A stretch of 64,000 bases of DNA from Klebsiella phage KPN8: the sequence record OP079919.1. One strand, written 5' to 3'. The notes below the pieces were generated by a model. The model was not told the DNA's origin and did not search any database. It saw only the letters and a list, made by a program, of their open reading frames with translations. Position numbers and translations under genes: made by a program. This document shows, one piece after another, positions 27,192-36,555 of the stretch (position 1 is its first letter; every line of letters begins with the position of its first letter).

Positions 27192-29204
27192 ATGTCCGAC
27201 AATCAAAATGGCAACAACTGGGAACAAACCGTCCTGAACACCGCTGCTGGTAAAGGAGAGCCGATCGTCTCTGCTTCTGCCGAGAATTTCGGTTCTCAGC
27301 TGCTCGGTCTGCTCGGCCAGGCTTCTCTTCTGGGTTCTTCCAAGAACGTGCCGGAAGTAGAAGAAACCGCGGCTCTGATCAAGAAACGCGTAACCGATCT
27401 GAAAAACGGTACGCCGGGCGAAACCCAGAAGAAGATCCTGCCGGAAGTGAACATCATCACCAAACCGATCATCTCTGCACTGCCGGGCATCGTCCTCTCC
27501 CTGCACATGAACAACAACCCTGCGGTATACGTCATGCCGGTGCTGTTCTCTAACCGTCATCTGACCAATACCCTGGAAGAGATCCAGATCGACAACGGCG
27601 TTAACCAACAGCGCAAAATGTCCATGCCGTTTACCCCGGATTCCTACGCTCGTGCTGATCTGTTCGAACAGATCAAAATGCACTACAAAGCGATGCTCCA
27701 GGATAAAGGTGTGAGCGAATGCGTGATCATCAACGTGATGGTTATCGACCTGGAACAGATCGTTGGTGACGATGTCCTGAATCAGGGCAAATCGCCGCTG
27801 CTGCGTGATGAAATCATGCGTAGCTGGGAACAGGGTCTGATGGTACAGATCGCGAAAATCGCAGCCAACCAGCCGAAAGCTTCTCTGCCTTCTCCGTTCT
27901 CTGCGACCGGTGGCAAAGCCTATGGTCAGCACGGTAATGCGATTGCTCGCGTTGAACCGATCCGCGGTCAGTATGTTAACGAAGGTCTGCTGTCTCCGGC
28001 GAACCTGACCATCCGCATGCAAACTGCTAACCACAACGGTTATCAGGGTAATGCTGAGCAGTCCCGCGAAATCGTCAACACCTACGCGACCGTTAGCCTG
28101 ATGGGTTCTCCGATCCAACAGTTCAACCCGCAGCTGACCGGTAACATTCCGCAGCCGTACCTGCAGACCCCTAACGGTCGTCCTCAGGGCTACACCCCGC
28201 TGCAGCCGGTGGTTATTATGAACCACGCTAAAGCTGGCGAAGTGCTGGGCGATGCGACTGGCCTGTCGACCTACTTCATGGGTCTGTTCTCTCTGATGGC
28301 GACCAACAGCAACTACCTGTTTGCTGAAGCTCTGCGTTCTAAGAACGTAGGTTCTCGTGGCTCCCTGACTGATATGGAACACCGCATCCGTCAGATGGAA
28401 AATGGATTACCTCCGCGCACTAAGGGTACTGAGATGACCGACGCTAAACTGTCGGATATCGATTTCACCACTAACTGGATTCGCGCCAATATTGGACCTA
28501 AAGCAGTCTTTGCTGCTGACCTGATCCAGTTCGGCCCGGATGCGGCGATCTCCAACTTCCTGTTCAACCTCACCTCCGGTGCGAAAGACTACAGCAAATG
28601 CGTGAAAACCGTTATTGCTATCGTCGATTCCATCTCCGGTGATGCGAAAGCCATGTCTGCGGTTATCGCAGAAAACCAGGCCAACAACAATGGTAACGGC
28701 GGATGGATTCCAGGTAAACCGGTACTGCACGTTTCTAACGCGCTGATCCCGGTCGGTACTGCTGTACTGGATAACAAACGCATTGCGCTCGGCGAAGTGG
28801 ACGAGATGTTCCTGTCCAAGCACTACAAAGATCAGATCACCCCGATGAACCAGTACCTGGAAAACATGTACGGGTCTAACCCGAACGTGCCGGAAAAACT
28901 GCGTCGCTATAACCTGCTCATCCAGCTGTCCACCATCTTCTCTGAAGGTGTAAACCTGTTCGGCTTCGCTCGTCGTTGCTACTGGGATCCGCTGTTCATG
29001 GATGCGTTCACTAAAGCGATGAACACCATCGGTTCTCTGCAGGTTACTGGCTCTATGGGTCAGTTCGCTGCTAACGTTCAAGTCTTCGCTCCTGGCCAGC
29101 AGTATATCTCTCAGGCAACTGCTGGTAACTCCGGTGGCGTCGTTCTGGGTAACGGTATGATGCTGGGTGCAGGTGGCGGTCTGGTGTTTGGCCCGTCCTA
29201 CTAA
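27192..29204 (+). CDS. very highly expressed 670-aa protein. Candidate phage-nucleus shell protein (chimallin), with major capsid protein as the alternative
   Basis: Host-like GC3-rich codon usage that is unique in the window (CTG, CCG, GGT, CGT, GAA, AAC). AGGAG RBS and a strong terminator right after. Sits immediately upstream of the RNAP beta' N-fragment gene, as phiKZ gp54 (chimallin) precedes gp55. Gly/Ser-rich, probably flexible N- and C-terminal tails (...GNSGGVVLGNGMMLGAGGGLVFGPSY). Antisense ORFs 27186..28382 and 28407..29081 are GC-driven shadows. Confidence 0.45.
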   Translation: MSDNQNGNNWEQTVLNTAAGKGEPIVSASAENFGSQLLGLLGQASLLGSSKNVPEVEETAALIKKRVTDLKNGTPGETQKKILPEVNIITKPIISALPGIVLSLHMNNNPAVYVMPVLFSNRHLTNTLEEIQIDNGVNQQRKMSMPFTPDSYARADLFEQIKMHYKAMLQDKGVSECVIINVMVIDLEQIVGDDVLNQGKSPLLRDEIMRSWEQGLMVQIAKIAANQPKASLPSPFSATGGKAYGQHGNAIARVEPIRGQYVNEGLLSPANLTIRMQTANHNGYQGNAEQSREIVNTYATVSLMGSPIQQFNPQLTGNIPQPYLQTPNGRPQGYTPLQPVVIMNHAKAGEVLGDATGLSTYFMGLFSLMATNSNYLFAEALRSKNVGSRGSLTDMEHRIRQMENGLPPRTKGTEMTDAKLSDIDFTTNWIRANIGPKAVFAADLIQFGPDAAISNFLFNLTSGAKDYSKCVKTVIAIVDSISGDAKAMSAVIAENQANNNGNGGWIPGKPVLHVSNALIPVGTAVLDNKRIALGEVDEMFLSKHYKDQITPMNQYLENMYGSNPNVPEKLRRYNLLIQLSTIFSEGVNLFGFARRCYWDPLFMDAFTKAMNTIGSLQVTGSMGQFAANVQVFAPGQQYISQATAGNSGGVVLGNGMMLGAGGGLVFGPSY

Positions 29205-29228
29205 GAGTTCGGCTGTAAGCTCACTAAA

Positions 29229-29258
29229 GGAGGAGGCGGAAGCCTCCTCCCTTTTTTA
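29229..29258 (+). terminator. Rho-independent terminator (GGAGGAGGC-ggaa-GCCTCCTCC + CTTTTTTAT)
   Basis: 9-bp GC-rich stem, tetraloop and T-run 25 nt after the 27192..29204 stop. Confidence 0.6.
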
Positions 29259-29290
29259 TGCATTTCATTTTTTGAGTGAACGGAGACGTT

Positions 29291-30895
29291 ATGGATCAGT
29301 ACGGTGATCGTATTATTGATGCATTAACAGCGCCTGAATTTTCATCATTGCAACCAGAGGCTCAGTTTAAAACTTATGCCGAACAATACGGTGGTGACCT
29401 TTCTGACGACAAACGTTTTTATGAACCCCTTTATCCCGACTTCACTGACTATAACCGTTTGCATGATACTGCTAAGGTCGATCCGGTTTACCTGAACGAT
29501 TTCGATTTTTGTTTGGAAGAAGACCGAGAACGAATCGCATCTTTGATTCGTATGGACTTCAACACCGACACATTCGAAACCGTCGCGAGATGTAGTTGTG
29601 GGCATTTGAAGGGCAACTATTTATTGGGTCAGAAAAGATCATGTCCCATCTGTCAATCCCTTGTAGAGAAAGTCGTAGAGACTTCCTTAGATACTAAGGT
29701 ATGGGTCAGGGTTCCAGAAGGTGTAGTTGGATTTATCAGCCCGGCTTATTACAAAACCTTCTTATCGAAGATCGCGACCAATTCTCCAAAGATTGAGATC
29801 GTGACTTGGCTCATCGATCCGTCTTATCGTCGGGGAAGCCGAGCTCAGCATACTGAGTCCGGTCGTCGGATGTTGGCTGAACTCGATAAACTCGGAATAG
29901 TGCCCGGGCTTAACAGCTTTATATTGAACGCGGACAGATTCATGGAACACTTCCTTGTTGGTGAAGGAAGAGGTGCCGTGAGCATGAAGCCGGCTGATGG
30001 TAAAAAGCATTTGGATAAGTATTACGAATATCGTCATCTTATCTTCCCGCGCTATTTGTCCGTACCCAATAAACTCGCCACCATCATCGAGCAAGATGGT
30101 AAAGATAAGTACGTTTCTTCAACCCAATTGAAAACCTCGGCAATCTACCAATCTATTGCGGATACGAGGGATTCTACTGAGTTTTATAAATGTACGATTA
30201 AGGACCTTAAAGAGAACGCTGATATCGTCGGGAAGGCAATAGTTCGATTAGGTAAGCAGAACTCTGATAACTATAAGAGTCAGCTGTTTGCTAAATCGAG
30301 CCTGATACGTAAACACGTAATCGCGGGATCGTTATCTTTATCAGGTCGTGGTGTTATCACGTCAACTACCGGATTGCATGACGCCGGTGTTGCTAAGATA
30401 CCTTGGATCATGGCAGTGGCTATGCTGAAGAAACACATCCTGGGATATCTTTACCGTTTAGGGTACAGTCCCCTGAAAGCTGAAAGTGTAATCAGTACAG
30501 CAGCGCACCAAGTCGTCCCGGTTATCGATCAATTCTTTACCAAGCACGAAAAGCAAAAAGACATTGTCTGCATTTTAGGAAGAAACCCATCAATTCAGTA
30601 CCTGTCAGCAAAAGCCTTCTTTATGTCGATCAACCGAGATTTAGAAGACGAGTCGATAAACTTACCGATACTCTCGGTTAAAACCTTTAATGCTGACTTC
30701 GATGGCGATACGATGTATTGCTACGTCCTCAGCGATTTGAAAGGCAAAGCCAAAGCGTATGGGTCGTTCGGTCATCAGTCCATGCTCGATGAAAACGAAC
30801 CATTTACAATAAGTCGATTTGCTGATCAAACTTCAACGAATTTGATGAACCTCAACAACATGATGAGAGGAACACCAATCAATGAATGCGGCTGA
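29291..30895 (+). CDS. multisubunit RNA polymerase beta' subunit, N-terminal fragment (split phage RNAP)
   Basis: Contains the universal catalytic motif NADFDGD (VKTFNADFDGDTMYCYV) and an N-terminal Cys cluster CSCGHLKGNYLLGQKRSCPICQ (zinc ribbon-like). The ORF ends about 60 aa after the catalytic motif, so beta' is split. ATG 29291 has GGAG 7 nt upstream. Confidence 0.8.
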   Translation: MDQYGDRIIDALTAPEFSSLQPEAQFKTYAEQYGGDLSDDKRFYEPLYPDFTDYNRLHDTAKVDPVYLNDFDFCLEEDRERIASLIRMDFNTDTFETVARCSCGHLKGNYLLGQKRSCPICQSLVEKVVETSLDTKVWVRVPEGVVGFISPAYYKTFLSKIATNSPKIEIVTWLIDPSYRRGSRAQHTESGRRMLAELDKLGIVPGLNSFILNADRFMEHFLVGEGRGAVSMKPADGKKHLDKYYEYRHLIFPRYLSVPNKLATIIEQDGKDKYVSSTQLKTSAIYQSIADTRDSTEFYKCTIKDLKENADIVGKAIVRLGKQNSDNYKSQLFAKSSLIRKHVIAGSLSLSGRGVITSTTGLHDAGVAKIPWIMAVAMLKKHILGYLYRLGYSPLKAESVISTAAHQVVPVIDQFFTKHEKQKDIVCILGRNPSIQYLSAKAFFMSINRDLEDESINLPILSVKTFNADFDGDTMYCYVLSDLKGKAKAYGSFGHQSMLDENEPFTISRFADQTSTNLMNLNNMMRGTPINECG

Positions 30896-31517
30896 CGCGT
30901 TTAGCTTTAGTTGTGCCGGCGCTATTGACGAAGGTCGAATGCGTCAGTATGCCGGCTACGTTCAAATGAATTTTGATAACGTGAAAGGTATGGGAGGTTG
31001 GCTGGCGAAAGAAGCAGAAAAAACGTTAGACCGATTTTCTAACTTCATGAATTCCAGGGCGTGGGAGTTATCCAAAATCCTAACGGGGAATGGCGATGGT
31101 GAATACGTAGGACGATTTGACATCGGTTATTTAGGTTCCCTCAACGCTCAACAACAAGCTCAGGGATTCATGCGGGACTACATCATGGCTAACCCATTGG
31201 TTATGCAGATGTATCTTGATGGAGGATTGGAAGGCTACGGTGGTGAGTTCTCCCCGTTCTGTAATGCCGTTGGTAAGAACAACGTTTTCTATCGTAACGC
31301 CACCCATGGTATAGTACAAACTGAAACTAAAGACGATGTTCAGAAAACCTGGTTCAGTCACTTTGGTGATGTGCCGGGTACAGGAATGTCCTTTAGGGAA
31401 CAAGCGGACATCATGAGAACTTGGAAAGCGACCAATCACCTGATAGGTTCTCAACTCTTTGATATGACCTCACCATCGAATAAAAAGATGAATGAGGATA
31501 ACGAAGAGGAAACATAA
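30882..31517 (+). CDS. hypothetical protein (211 aa)
   Basis: ORF overlapping the end of the beta' fragment gene. Confidence 0.5.
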   Translation: MNAADAFSFSCAGAIDEGRMRQYAGYVQMNFDNVKGMGGWLAKEAEKTLDRFSNFMNSRAWELSKILTGNGDGEYVGRFDIGYLGSLNAQQQAQGFMRDYIMANPLVMQMYLDGGLEGYGGEFSPFCNAVGKNNVFYRNATHGIVQTETKDDVQKTWFSHFGDVPGTGMSFREQADIMRTWKATNHLIGSQLFDMTSPSNKKMNEDNEEET

Positions 31518-31565
31518 ACATTTTTGGGGGGGGGAACTCCCCCATTTAACATCGAGAGTAAACTT

Positions 31566-31928
31566 ATGAATAGCGAACAAACCAAACCCATGCATAGTGT
31601 TTTTATGCAAATCATCAGTTCCGAAGAAATCGGTAATTTGAAGAATGCCGTTCGGAATACCGAATTCCTTTTAGCCGAATTAGGCGAATCGGAAGACGGC
31701 AAACCACTGGATCCATCCCATCTGATCTTTATTGTAACCGACATGTCTTTTGACGAACACGGAAACTTGATGGGAAGAGTAACTCCCACCGGCCCATACA
31801 AGGACAAGGGACGGGAATGGATTTCGACTAAAAAATATAAAACACCTATTTTTAAGTTTATTCCGAGAGTGGCCACGAATAACCGCAATTGGACCTTCAT
31901 CAATAAACTCGACGTGGTGGTCAAATAA
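31566..31928 (+). CDS. hypothetical protein (about 120 aa; ORF opens at 31524)
   Basis: ATG 31566 in frame with the 31524 ORF, which starts inside a G9 hairpin. Confidence 0.45.
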   Translation: MNSEQTKPMHSVFMQIISSEEIGNLKNAVRNTEFLLAELGESEDGKPLDPSHLIFIVTDMSFDEHGNLMGRVTPTGPYKDKGREWISTKKYKTPIFKFIPRVATNNRNWTFINKLDVVVK

Positions 31929-32290
31929 TGGAAACCACCCGGGATTATACAGCGAAGATCAAATGGCCTTTTGTTGTTGTGTTTAATCTCAAAGATGGTC
32001 CGGAGGAAACTTCCTCCGTGATCATTAAAACCAGGATCCCTTCTGGCGGATATAAGGAATTCCACATCTACTTAAAAGATTTAATCGACCGTGCTCGTTT
32101 AAACGTTCGAGGGTCAATCTCGGATAAAGATTTCTTAACCGATATCAGCGAGTATTTTATTTCGTCTGTTGCTTCTAAATCAGCGGATAAGAAAACCTTG
32201 GCTGAGGCCTGTCGGTCGGTTTTAGAAGGAAACGTGTTTAATCGTAAGATATTCGTTCCCTTTTACGGACTCAGGCCGAGAGAAGAATAA
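31928..32290 (+). CDS. hypothetical protein (120 aa)
   Basis: ATG overlaps the upstream stop (TAATGG). Confidence 0.5.
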   Translation: METTRDYTAKIKWPFVVVFNLKDGPEETSSVIIKTRIPSGGYKEFHIYLKDLIDRARLNVRGSISDKDFLTDISEYFISSVASKSADKKTLAEACRSVLEGNVFNRKIFVPFYGLRPREE

Positions 32291-32367
32291 TTGACATGCA
32301 GATAATTATACATCGATATTATCATGGTGTATAAACAAATGAATATTTTATTTATAAGGAATCTATT

Positions 32368-32493
32368 ATGTCGATCATCGCCTCTATCGCTATCGTTGTT
32401 ATTATTACCGCAGTAGTTTACACTCTCACCAAAGATGCCGTGGAAGAAATCTTCCCGGCTCGTAAAGAAATGGCTGTTCGTAACAAACGTTAA
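32368..32493 (+). CDS. small hydrophobic peptide (41 aa, single predicted transmembrane helix), absent from the ORF track
   Basis: AGGAATCTATTATG context. Translation is MSIIASIAIVVIITAVVYTLTKDAVEEIFPARKEMAVRNKR. Followed by a hairpin (CTCCCCTCC-tttc-GGAGGGGAG) and a T-run. Confidence 0.4.
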   Translation: MSIIASIAIVVIITAVVYTLTKDAVEEIFPARKEMAVRNKR

Positions 32494-32548
32494 TTTATTG
32501 TTACTCCCCTCCTTTCGGAGGGGAGCCTAACCATGATTATTTTTTTTC

Positions 32549-32956
32549 ATGAGGTTCATGATGACCGGATTTTGCGTAGCAACAATGTCGACGTTGGGCT
32601 TTATTGCCGATGACGTTAAGCTCGCCATGGACAGGCATCTCACTTATTGGTTTGCGTCCAGACGCGATCAAAATAAGTTAATAGGTGAAGTTGATTCCTT
32701 TGAATACCTTTTGATGACCTATCAAGGTAATCGGAGCGCTTTGGTCAGTAATGTTGAAAGCGCGCTCAGGACTTACTTCCAGCAGATTTTCAGTACTGTA
32801 GAAGTTCAAGTAACTGATACTGATATGCCGGGCGAAACGGAAAACTTTACACTGGTCATGGCGCTTAGAGTCACCCATGAAGGTGTTGCTTATGATCTCC
32901 AAAACGCCGTTATCGTATCTGGCGCTTCTTATACTCTTCTTCCGAGAGGTAATTAA
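32549..32956 (+). CDS. hypothetical protein (about 135 aa; three closely spaced candidate ATGs)
   Basis: ORF after a T10 run. No motif recognised. Confidence 0.5.
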   Translation: MRFMMTGFCVATMSTLGFIADDVKLAMDRHLTYWFASRRDQNKLIGEVDSFEYLLMTYQGNRSALVSNVESALRTYFQQIFSTVEVQVTDTDMPGETENFTLVMALRVTHEGVAYDLQNAVIVSGASYTLLPRGN

Positions 32957-32958
32957 TA

Positions 32959-33720
32959 ATGTCTGATAAAATGCCATCCGAACACTACGCGCTTAAATTC
33001 TTAGAGGGCGGTACCCCTAAGGTTATCAATGGTAAGCGCTACCTGGAAATGAACGGCGAATTGGTGAACGTCGCCACTTCTATTTCAGAGGCGACCTTCG
33101 TCAGAGACTGGCTTCTGGGGTTCTCTTTGGGTTACGTTGGAGAGAAGTCTTATTTTGATTTCGCGCGGTGGATGGAAATCAGTAACGAAGGTCGTTCAGC
33201 GGTTATCGTCCATGACAATGAAGACGAAAATAAACCCGTCTTCGTCGTCCCTCCTCTGACCGATACGAAAATGACAGCTCAGGAAATGGAAGTTCTTCAA
33301 GTAGCCGCTGGCGTGATGAGCAATGCTTATGGTGCACAATTCGGCGGATCGACCAGTAGAAGTACCGAGATACTCCTACAGGGCCTGTCCATTATTCAAA
33401 AAGGTCTGCAGTCTGGCGAATACACCATAACTGATCTCGTCCCATCCTTCATCTATGAAAAATACTCGATCAATCCTCGTGTATTTAAAAAGATGATGCA
33501 CTGCAAAAATACCTTTGGATTGGACACCAATGATGAAAGCTGGAAAGTATTAGAAGCTTGCTTCAGGGTCATCGACGAAGGTAAAGTGTTAAAACAACAA
33601 CAGTACGACTTCTTAATGGCGATCACGCAAAATACAGCAATCGTCCCTGATCAATGTAAACCTGACAGTAAAAATAAACAGGAAGATCAATTTACAGAGA
33701 TCAACCCATTTGAGTGTTAA
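32959..33720 (+). CDS. hypothetical protein (253 aa)
   Basis: ORF 2 nt after the upstream stop. Confidence 0.55.
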   Translation: MSDKMPSEHYALKFLEGGTPKVINGKRYLEMNGELVNVATSISEATFVRDWLLGFSLGYVGEKSYFDFARWMEISNEGRSAVIVHDNEDENKPVFVVPPLTDTKMTAQEMEVLQVAAGVMSNAYGAQFGGSTSRSTEILLQGLSIIQKGLQSGEYTITDLVPSFIYEKYSINPRVFKKMMHCKNTFGLDTNDESWKVLEACFRVIDEGKVLKQQQYDFLMAITQNTAIVPDQCKPDSKNKQEDQFTEINPFEC

Positions 33721-34853
33721 GCATGATTAATTCCCCCAAGAAAATTAGGATGTTGTGGTCAAGTGATCATCACACACTTCATGAAGGTACCCCCACAGTT
33801 CACATCTTAAGTAACCTGGGGGAATTCTTTTATAAGTACAATTCCCTGGCAGAAACTGACATCGTTGTTTTTGGCGGTGATTTTTTTCATAAGCTAGTCG
33901 ATGCTTCTAACAGCTCGATGCGTTTATGTGAATATTGGATTAACAAATTTTTAATTCGGTGTGCTGAAAATAACGTTGTGGTGAGAGTACTGGAAGGGAC
34001 GAGTTCTCACGACTGGGAACAACCGGAAATATTCCAAATATTGAGCCCGGATAACCTTGATTTAAAATGGGTTAAAGAGCTGAGTATTGAACGCATTGAA
34101 AAACTGGATATGACCGTGCTTTACGTTCCGGATAACATGGGGGGTAAGAAGCCCGAGGTTATTTGGGATGAGGTCATCGATCTTCTAACTAAACATAACC
34201 TGGAGAAAGTAGATTTTATCTTTTTCCACGGATCGTTTAAATACCAGTTAGACGAACGTTTCAGTAAACACAGTCACGATGAAAAATTGTGGTCAACCAT
34301 TGTTAACTATTATATCTTTGCCGGGCACATCCACAAACCTTCAGAATGTGGGCCGATTAGATGTTCGGGATCCTTCGATAGAACGGGTCATTCAGAGGAA
34401 CATCCTAAGGGCGGATATATCGTTGATTACTTCCCAGACGATAAGAAGTGTACCGCCACCTTTTATGAGAATAAAAAGGCGCTGCCTTATATCACCCTGA
34501 GAATTACACCGGAAACAACAACAGAAGAACTAAATGATAAGCTTGGGTTCCTAATGGATAAGCGATACCCCAAAGCCAGTCATTTTTGGATTAGAGGAGG
34601 GAATCCTCTCGTCGTTAATCCGATCATTCAGTTCTTCAAACAACAGTATCCTCAGTATGACTTTAAGAAAGAAAACGTCGTTACTCACGAAGCAGTAATT
34701 GACGATGAACTTTATACTGAAGATCTTTATTCTGGTATAACGTTAACGAAAGATAACATCATCCCTTCTCTAATGGGCTATTTGAATAAGAAGATTTTGT
34801 TAGTGGATGAAGAGTTAGATTCCCTAACAAAAACAATGGAGGAGTTTATCTAA
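33714..34853 (+). CDS. calcineurin-like metallophosphoesterase, SbcD/Mre11-like nuclease candidate
   Basis: Ordered phosphoesterase motifs: SSDHHT (D-x-H), VVFGGDFFH (GD), LEGTSSHDWE (GNHD-like), FIFFHGS (H), AGHIHKP (GH-x-H). Confidence 0.5.
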   Translation: MLSMINSPKKIRMLWSSDHHTLHEGTPTVHILSNLGEFFYKYNSLAETDIVVFGGDFFHKLVDASNSSMRLCEYWINKFLIRCAENNVVVRVLEGTSSHDWEQPEIFQILSPDNLDLKWVKELSIERIEKLDMTVLYVPDNMGGKKPEVIWDEVIDLLTKHNLEKVDFIFFHGSFKYQLDERFSKHSHDEKLWSTIVNYYIFAGHIHKPSECGPIRCSGSFDRTGHSEEHPKGGYIVDYFPDDKKCTATFYENKKALPYITLRITPETTTEELNDKLGFLMDKRYPKASHFWIRGGNPLVVNPIIQFFKQQYPQYDFKKENVVTHEAVIDDELYTEDLYSGITLTKDNIIPSLMGYLNKKILLVDEELDSLTKTMEEFI

Positions 34854-35653
34854 TGAGGGCGTTAGGGGCGTTAAATATCTCGGTAGGGACGTCTTTAGCA
34901 TTCGAAGGGGCGGCTAAAATACAGTTGCTCCAATCGGACTCCTTACTTATCAATCTACGGACGATAGCACGTAATGCCAGGGAGGCTTACGATAAAGATG
35001 ATTCCGACGGAAAGGATGTTGATCTTCTTACAGCAGCGGCAAGCGATGATTTGATAGGTCTTATTAAAACCGTTCAGGGATGGATGGGACAAAAAACGAT
35101 CAATCTTATCGTTTATCTTCCTTCTTACAGATCGCTCCCTAAGATTTTTAAAAGGGCGAATCTCTGGGAACCGACAACGGATATCCAGAAAGAAAAAGAT
35201 AGACTTGATACCGCCGTACTGAATAATTTAAAAAAACGGTTCGGGGCTAATATTAAGGAAACGGACGTCAACCTTCCTGAATTTATAGGGAATGGTTTGA
35301 TTTTAACGCATCACCCCATTGATCTTGTAATGACAGGAAGTGGAACAAGGTTGCGTTTAATCGAATCCTATACTGGGACTTTGAAAGGACATTCTCAGTG
35401 GTACACAAAATTTTCCGGTGGGGAAAAACTGTTTAACATTCCCCTAAACAAATTAACCATTCAGATATTCGGGGATGGACCGGTTAATTTTAAATCGGAA
35501 AAAAGTCATAAACTTAAAGACCTAATAAAAGATATCGCTATTAAAGGTAAATGGACCTCGGTAACGACTCTGGACGCAGTGAGATCTAGTATCAATGTTC
35601 ACGCTAAAGGATTTGACCGAGATGGGTTATTAATACTTTTAAACGGCGGGTAG
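34853..35653 (+). CDS. hypothetical protein (266 aa)
   Basis: ATG overlaps the upstream stop (TAATGA). Confidence 0.55.
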   Translation: MRALGALNISVGTSLAFEGAAKIQLLQSDSLLINLRTIARNAREAYDKDDSDGKDVDLLTAAASDDLIGLIKTVQGWMGQKTINLIVYLPSYRSLPKIFKRANLWEPTTDIQKEKDRLDTAVLNNLKKRFGANIKETDVNLPEFIGNGLILTHHPIDLVMTGSGTRLRLIESYTGTLKGHSQWYTKFSGGEKLFNIPLNKLTIQIFGDGPVNFKSEKSHKLKDLIKDIAIKGKWTSVTTLDAVRSSINVHAKGFDRDGLLILLNGG

Positions 35654-35693
35654 CTTTATATTAGCACAAACCCAATTTCAAAGGATTTACGTC

Positions 35694-36437
35694 ATGAGTG
35701 ATTTCAACAACGGTAACAATGGTAACTCCCGTCCCAAAACTCCACTGAACGATTATCGTTACCCGCACCCTAAAACCAAAGAACCTCTTCCGGGCGGCAA
35801 ATACCCTGCGCAAGCGTACTGGGAACTGACCGCCGCTGGTAAGGTCGTTTTCAAAGTACAAGACGGTGTGTTCGGCGGCGGCGATAACGCGTACAAGAAA
35901 AAAGAAATTGAAATGATCGCGTTCGAGCGCAATGCCATCTTCCAGCTTCTGAGAGAAGCAGCGACCGATCCCAATTTCACCAAATCCCAATACACTGTTC
36001 GTGATCGCCAATTCATTCGTGAAGGTGGTCAGGCTAAGATGTCCGACAACCCGATGACCATCGGTGTGTTTACCGTCATCCGCGATTCGAACGGTGTTGT
36101 TCAGCTCGGATTCAGCAAGTCTGATTTCAAAGCTCTGTTCGTTTTCGACAATGCCCGCGAATCCACTCTGGTCGATTTTGTCGACGGCGAATTCAAACCA
36201 GCTCACGCTCGCATGAGTCGTCTGTATGTCCTCGGTTATCTTTCGGCCGTGGAAGGCTGGCTGAACGCTGCTGAGTTCTCTCGCTACCAACCGCCTAAAC
36301 CGAAAAATGGTGGTAACGGTGGCGGCGGTGGCTGGAACAACAATAACGGTGGCAACCGCGGTAATGGCGGCGGTAACAGCTGGGGCGGTGGTGGCAACGC
36401 ACCGGCCGATGACTTCGCGGAAGACATTCCGTTCTAA
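35694..36437 (+). CDS. SSB-like protein with Gly/Asn-rich linker and acidic C-terminal tail ...DDFAEDIPF
   Basis: The C-terminus DDFAEDIPF mirrors the bacterial SSB protein-interaction tip (DDDIPF). It is preceded by a long low-complexity stretch GGNGGGGGWNNNNGGNRGNGGGNSWGGGGN, like the SSB intrinsically disordered linker. The N-terminal 200 aa show no obvious similarity to the E. coli SSB OB fold. GC3-rich codons suggest high expression. The antisense ORF 35661..36443 is a shadow. Confidence 0.5.
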   Translation: MSDFNNGNNGNSRPKTPLNDYRYPHPKTKEPLPGGKYPAQAYWELTAAGKVVFKVQDGVFGGGDNAYKKKEIEMIAFERNAIFQLLREAATDPNFTKSQYTVRDRQFIREGGQAKMSDNPMTIGVFTVIRDSNGVVQLGFSKSDFKALFVFDNARESTLVDFVDGEFKPAHARMSRLYVLGYLSAVEGWLNAAEFSRYQPPKPKNGGNGGGGGWNNNNGGNRGNGGGNSWGGGGNAPADDFAEDIPF

Positions 36438-36452
36438 ACACAAAGATACTCT

Positions 36453-36486
36453 CTCCTACTCTCTAGGGAGTAGGAGATTACTTTTC
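36453..36486 (+). terminator. terminator-like hairpin (TCTCCTACTC-tctagg-GAGTAGGAGA) + weak T tail
   Basis: 10-bp perfect stem 15 nt after the SSB-like gene stop. Confidence 0.45.
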
Positions 36487-36555
36487 GTTATAATTTTTTA
36501 GCACTATATTATTTACTGGTAAACCCCGGCTATAAAAATTATTGGGAGTAATAAC

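Noticed and set aside
27186-29081. Long antisense ORFs (398 aa and 224 aa) opposite the 27192..29204 gene
   Set aside because: These are typical GC3-driven open frames on the non-coding strand of a highly expressed gene. The sense gene has the RBS, terminator and codon adaptation.
31522-31549. G9-AA-CTCCCCC hairpin as a terminator
   Set aside because: The T-run lies 5' rather than 3' of the stem on the + strand, and there is no U-tract on the minus strand. It may be a structural element but is not a canonical intrinsic terminator.
35661-36443. 260-aa antisense ORF opposite the SSB-like gene
   Set aside because: It is a repetitive (TAAT/VT-rich) translation of the antisense of a GC3-rich gene. 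It has no RBS, and the sense frame carries the recognisable SSB tail.
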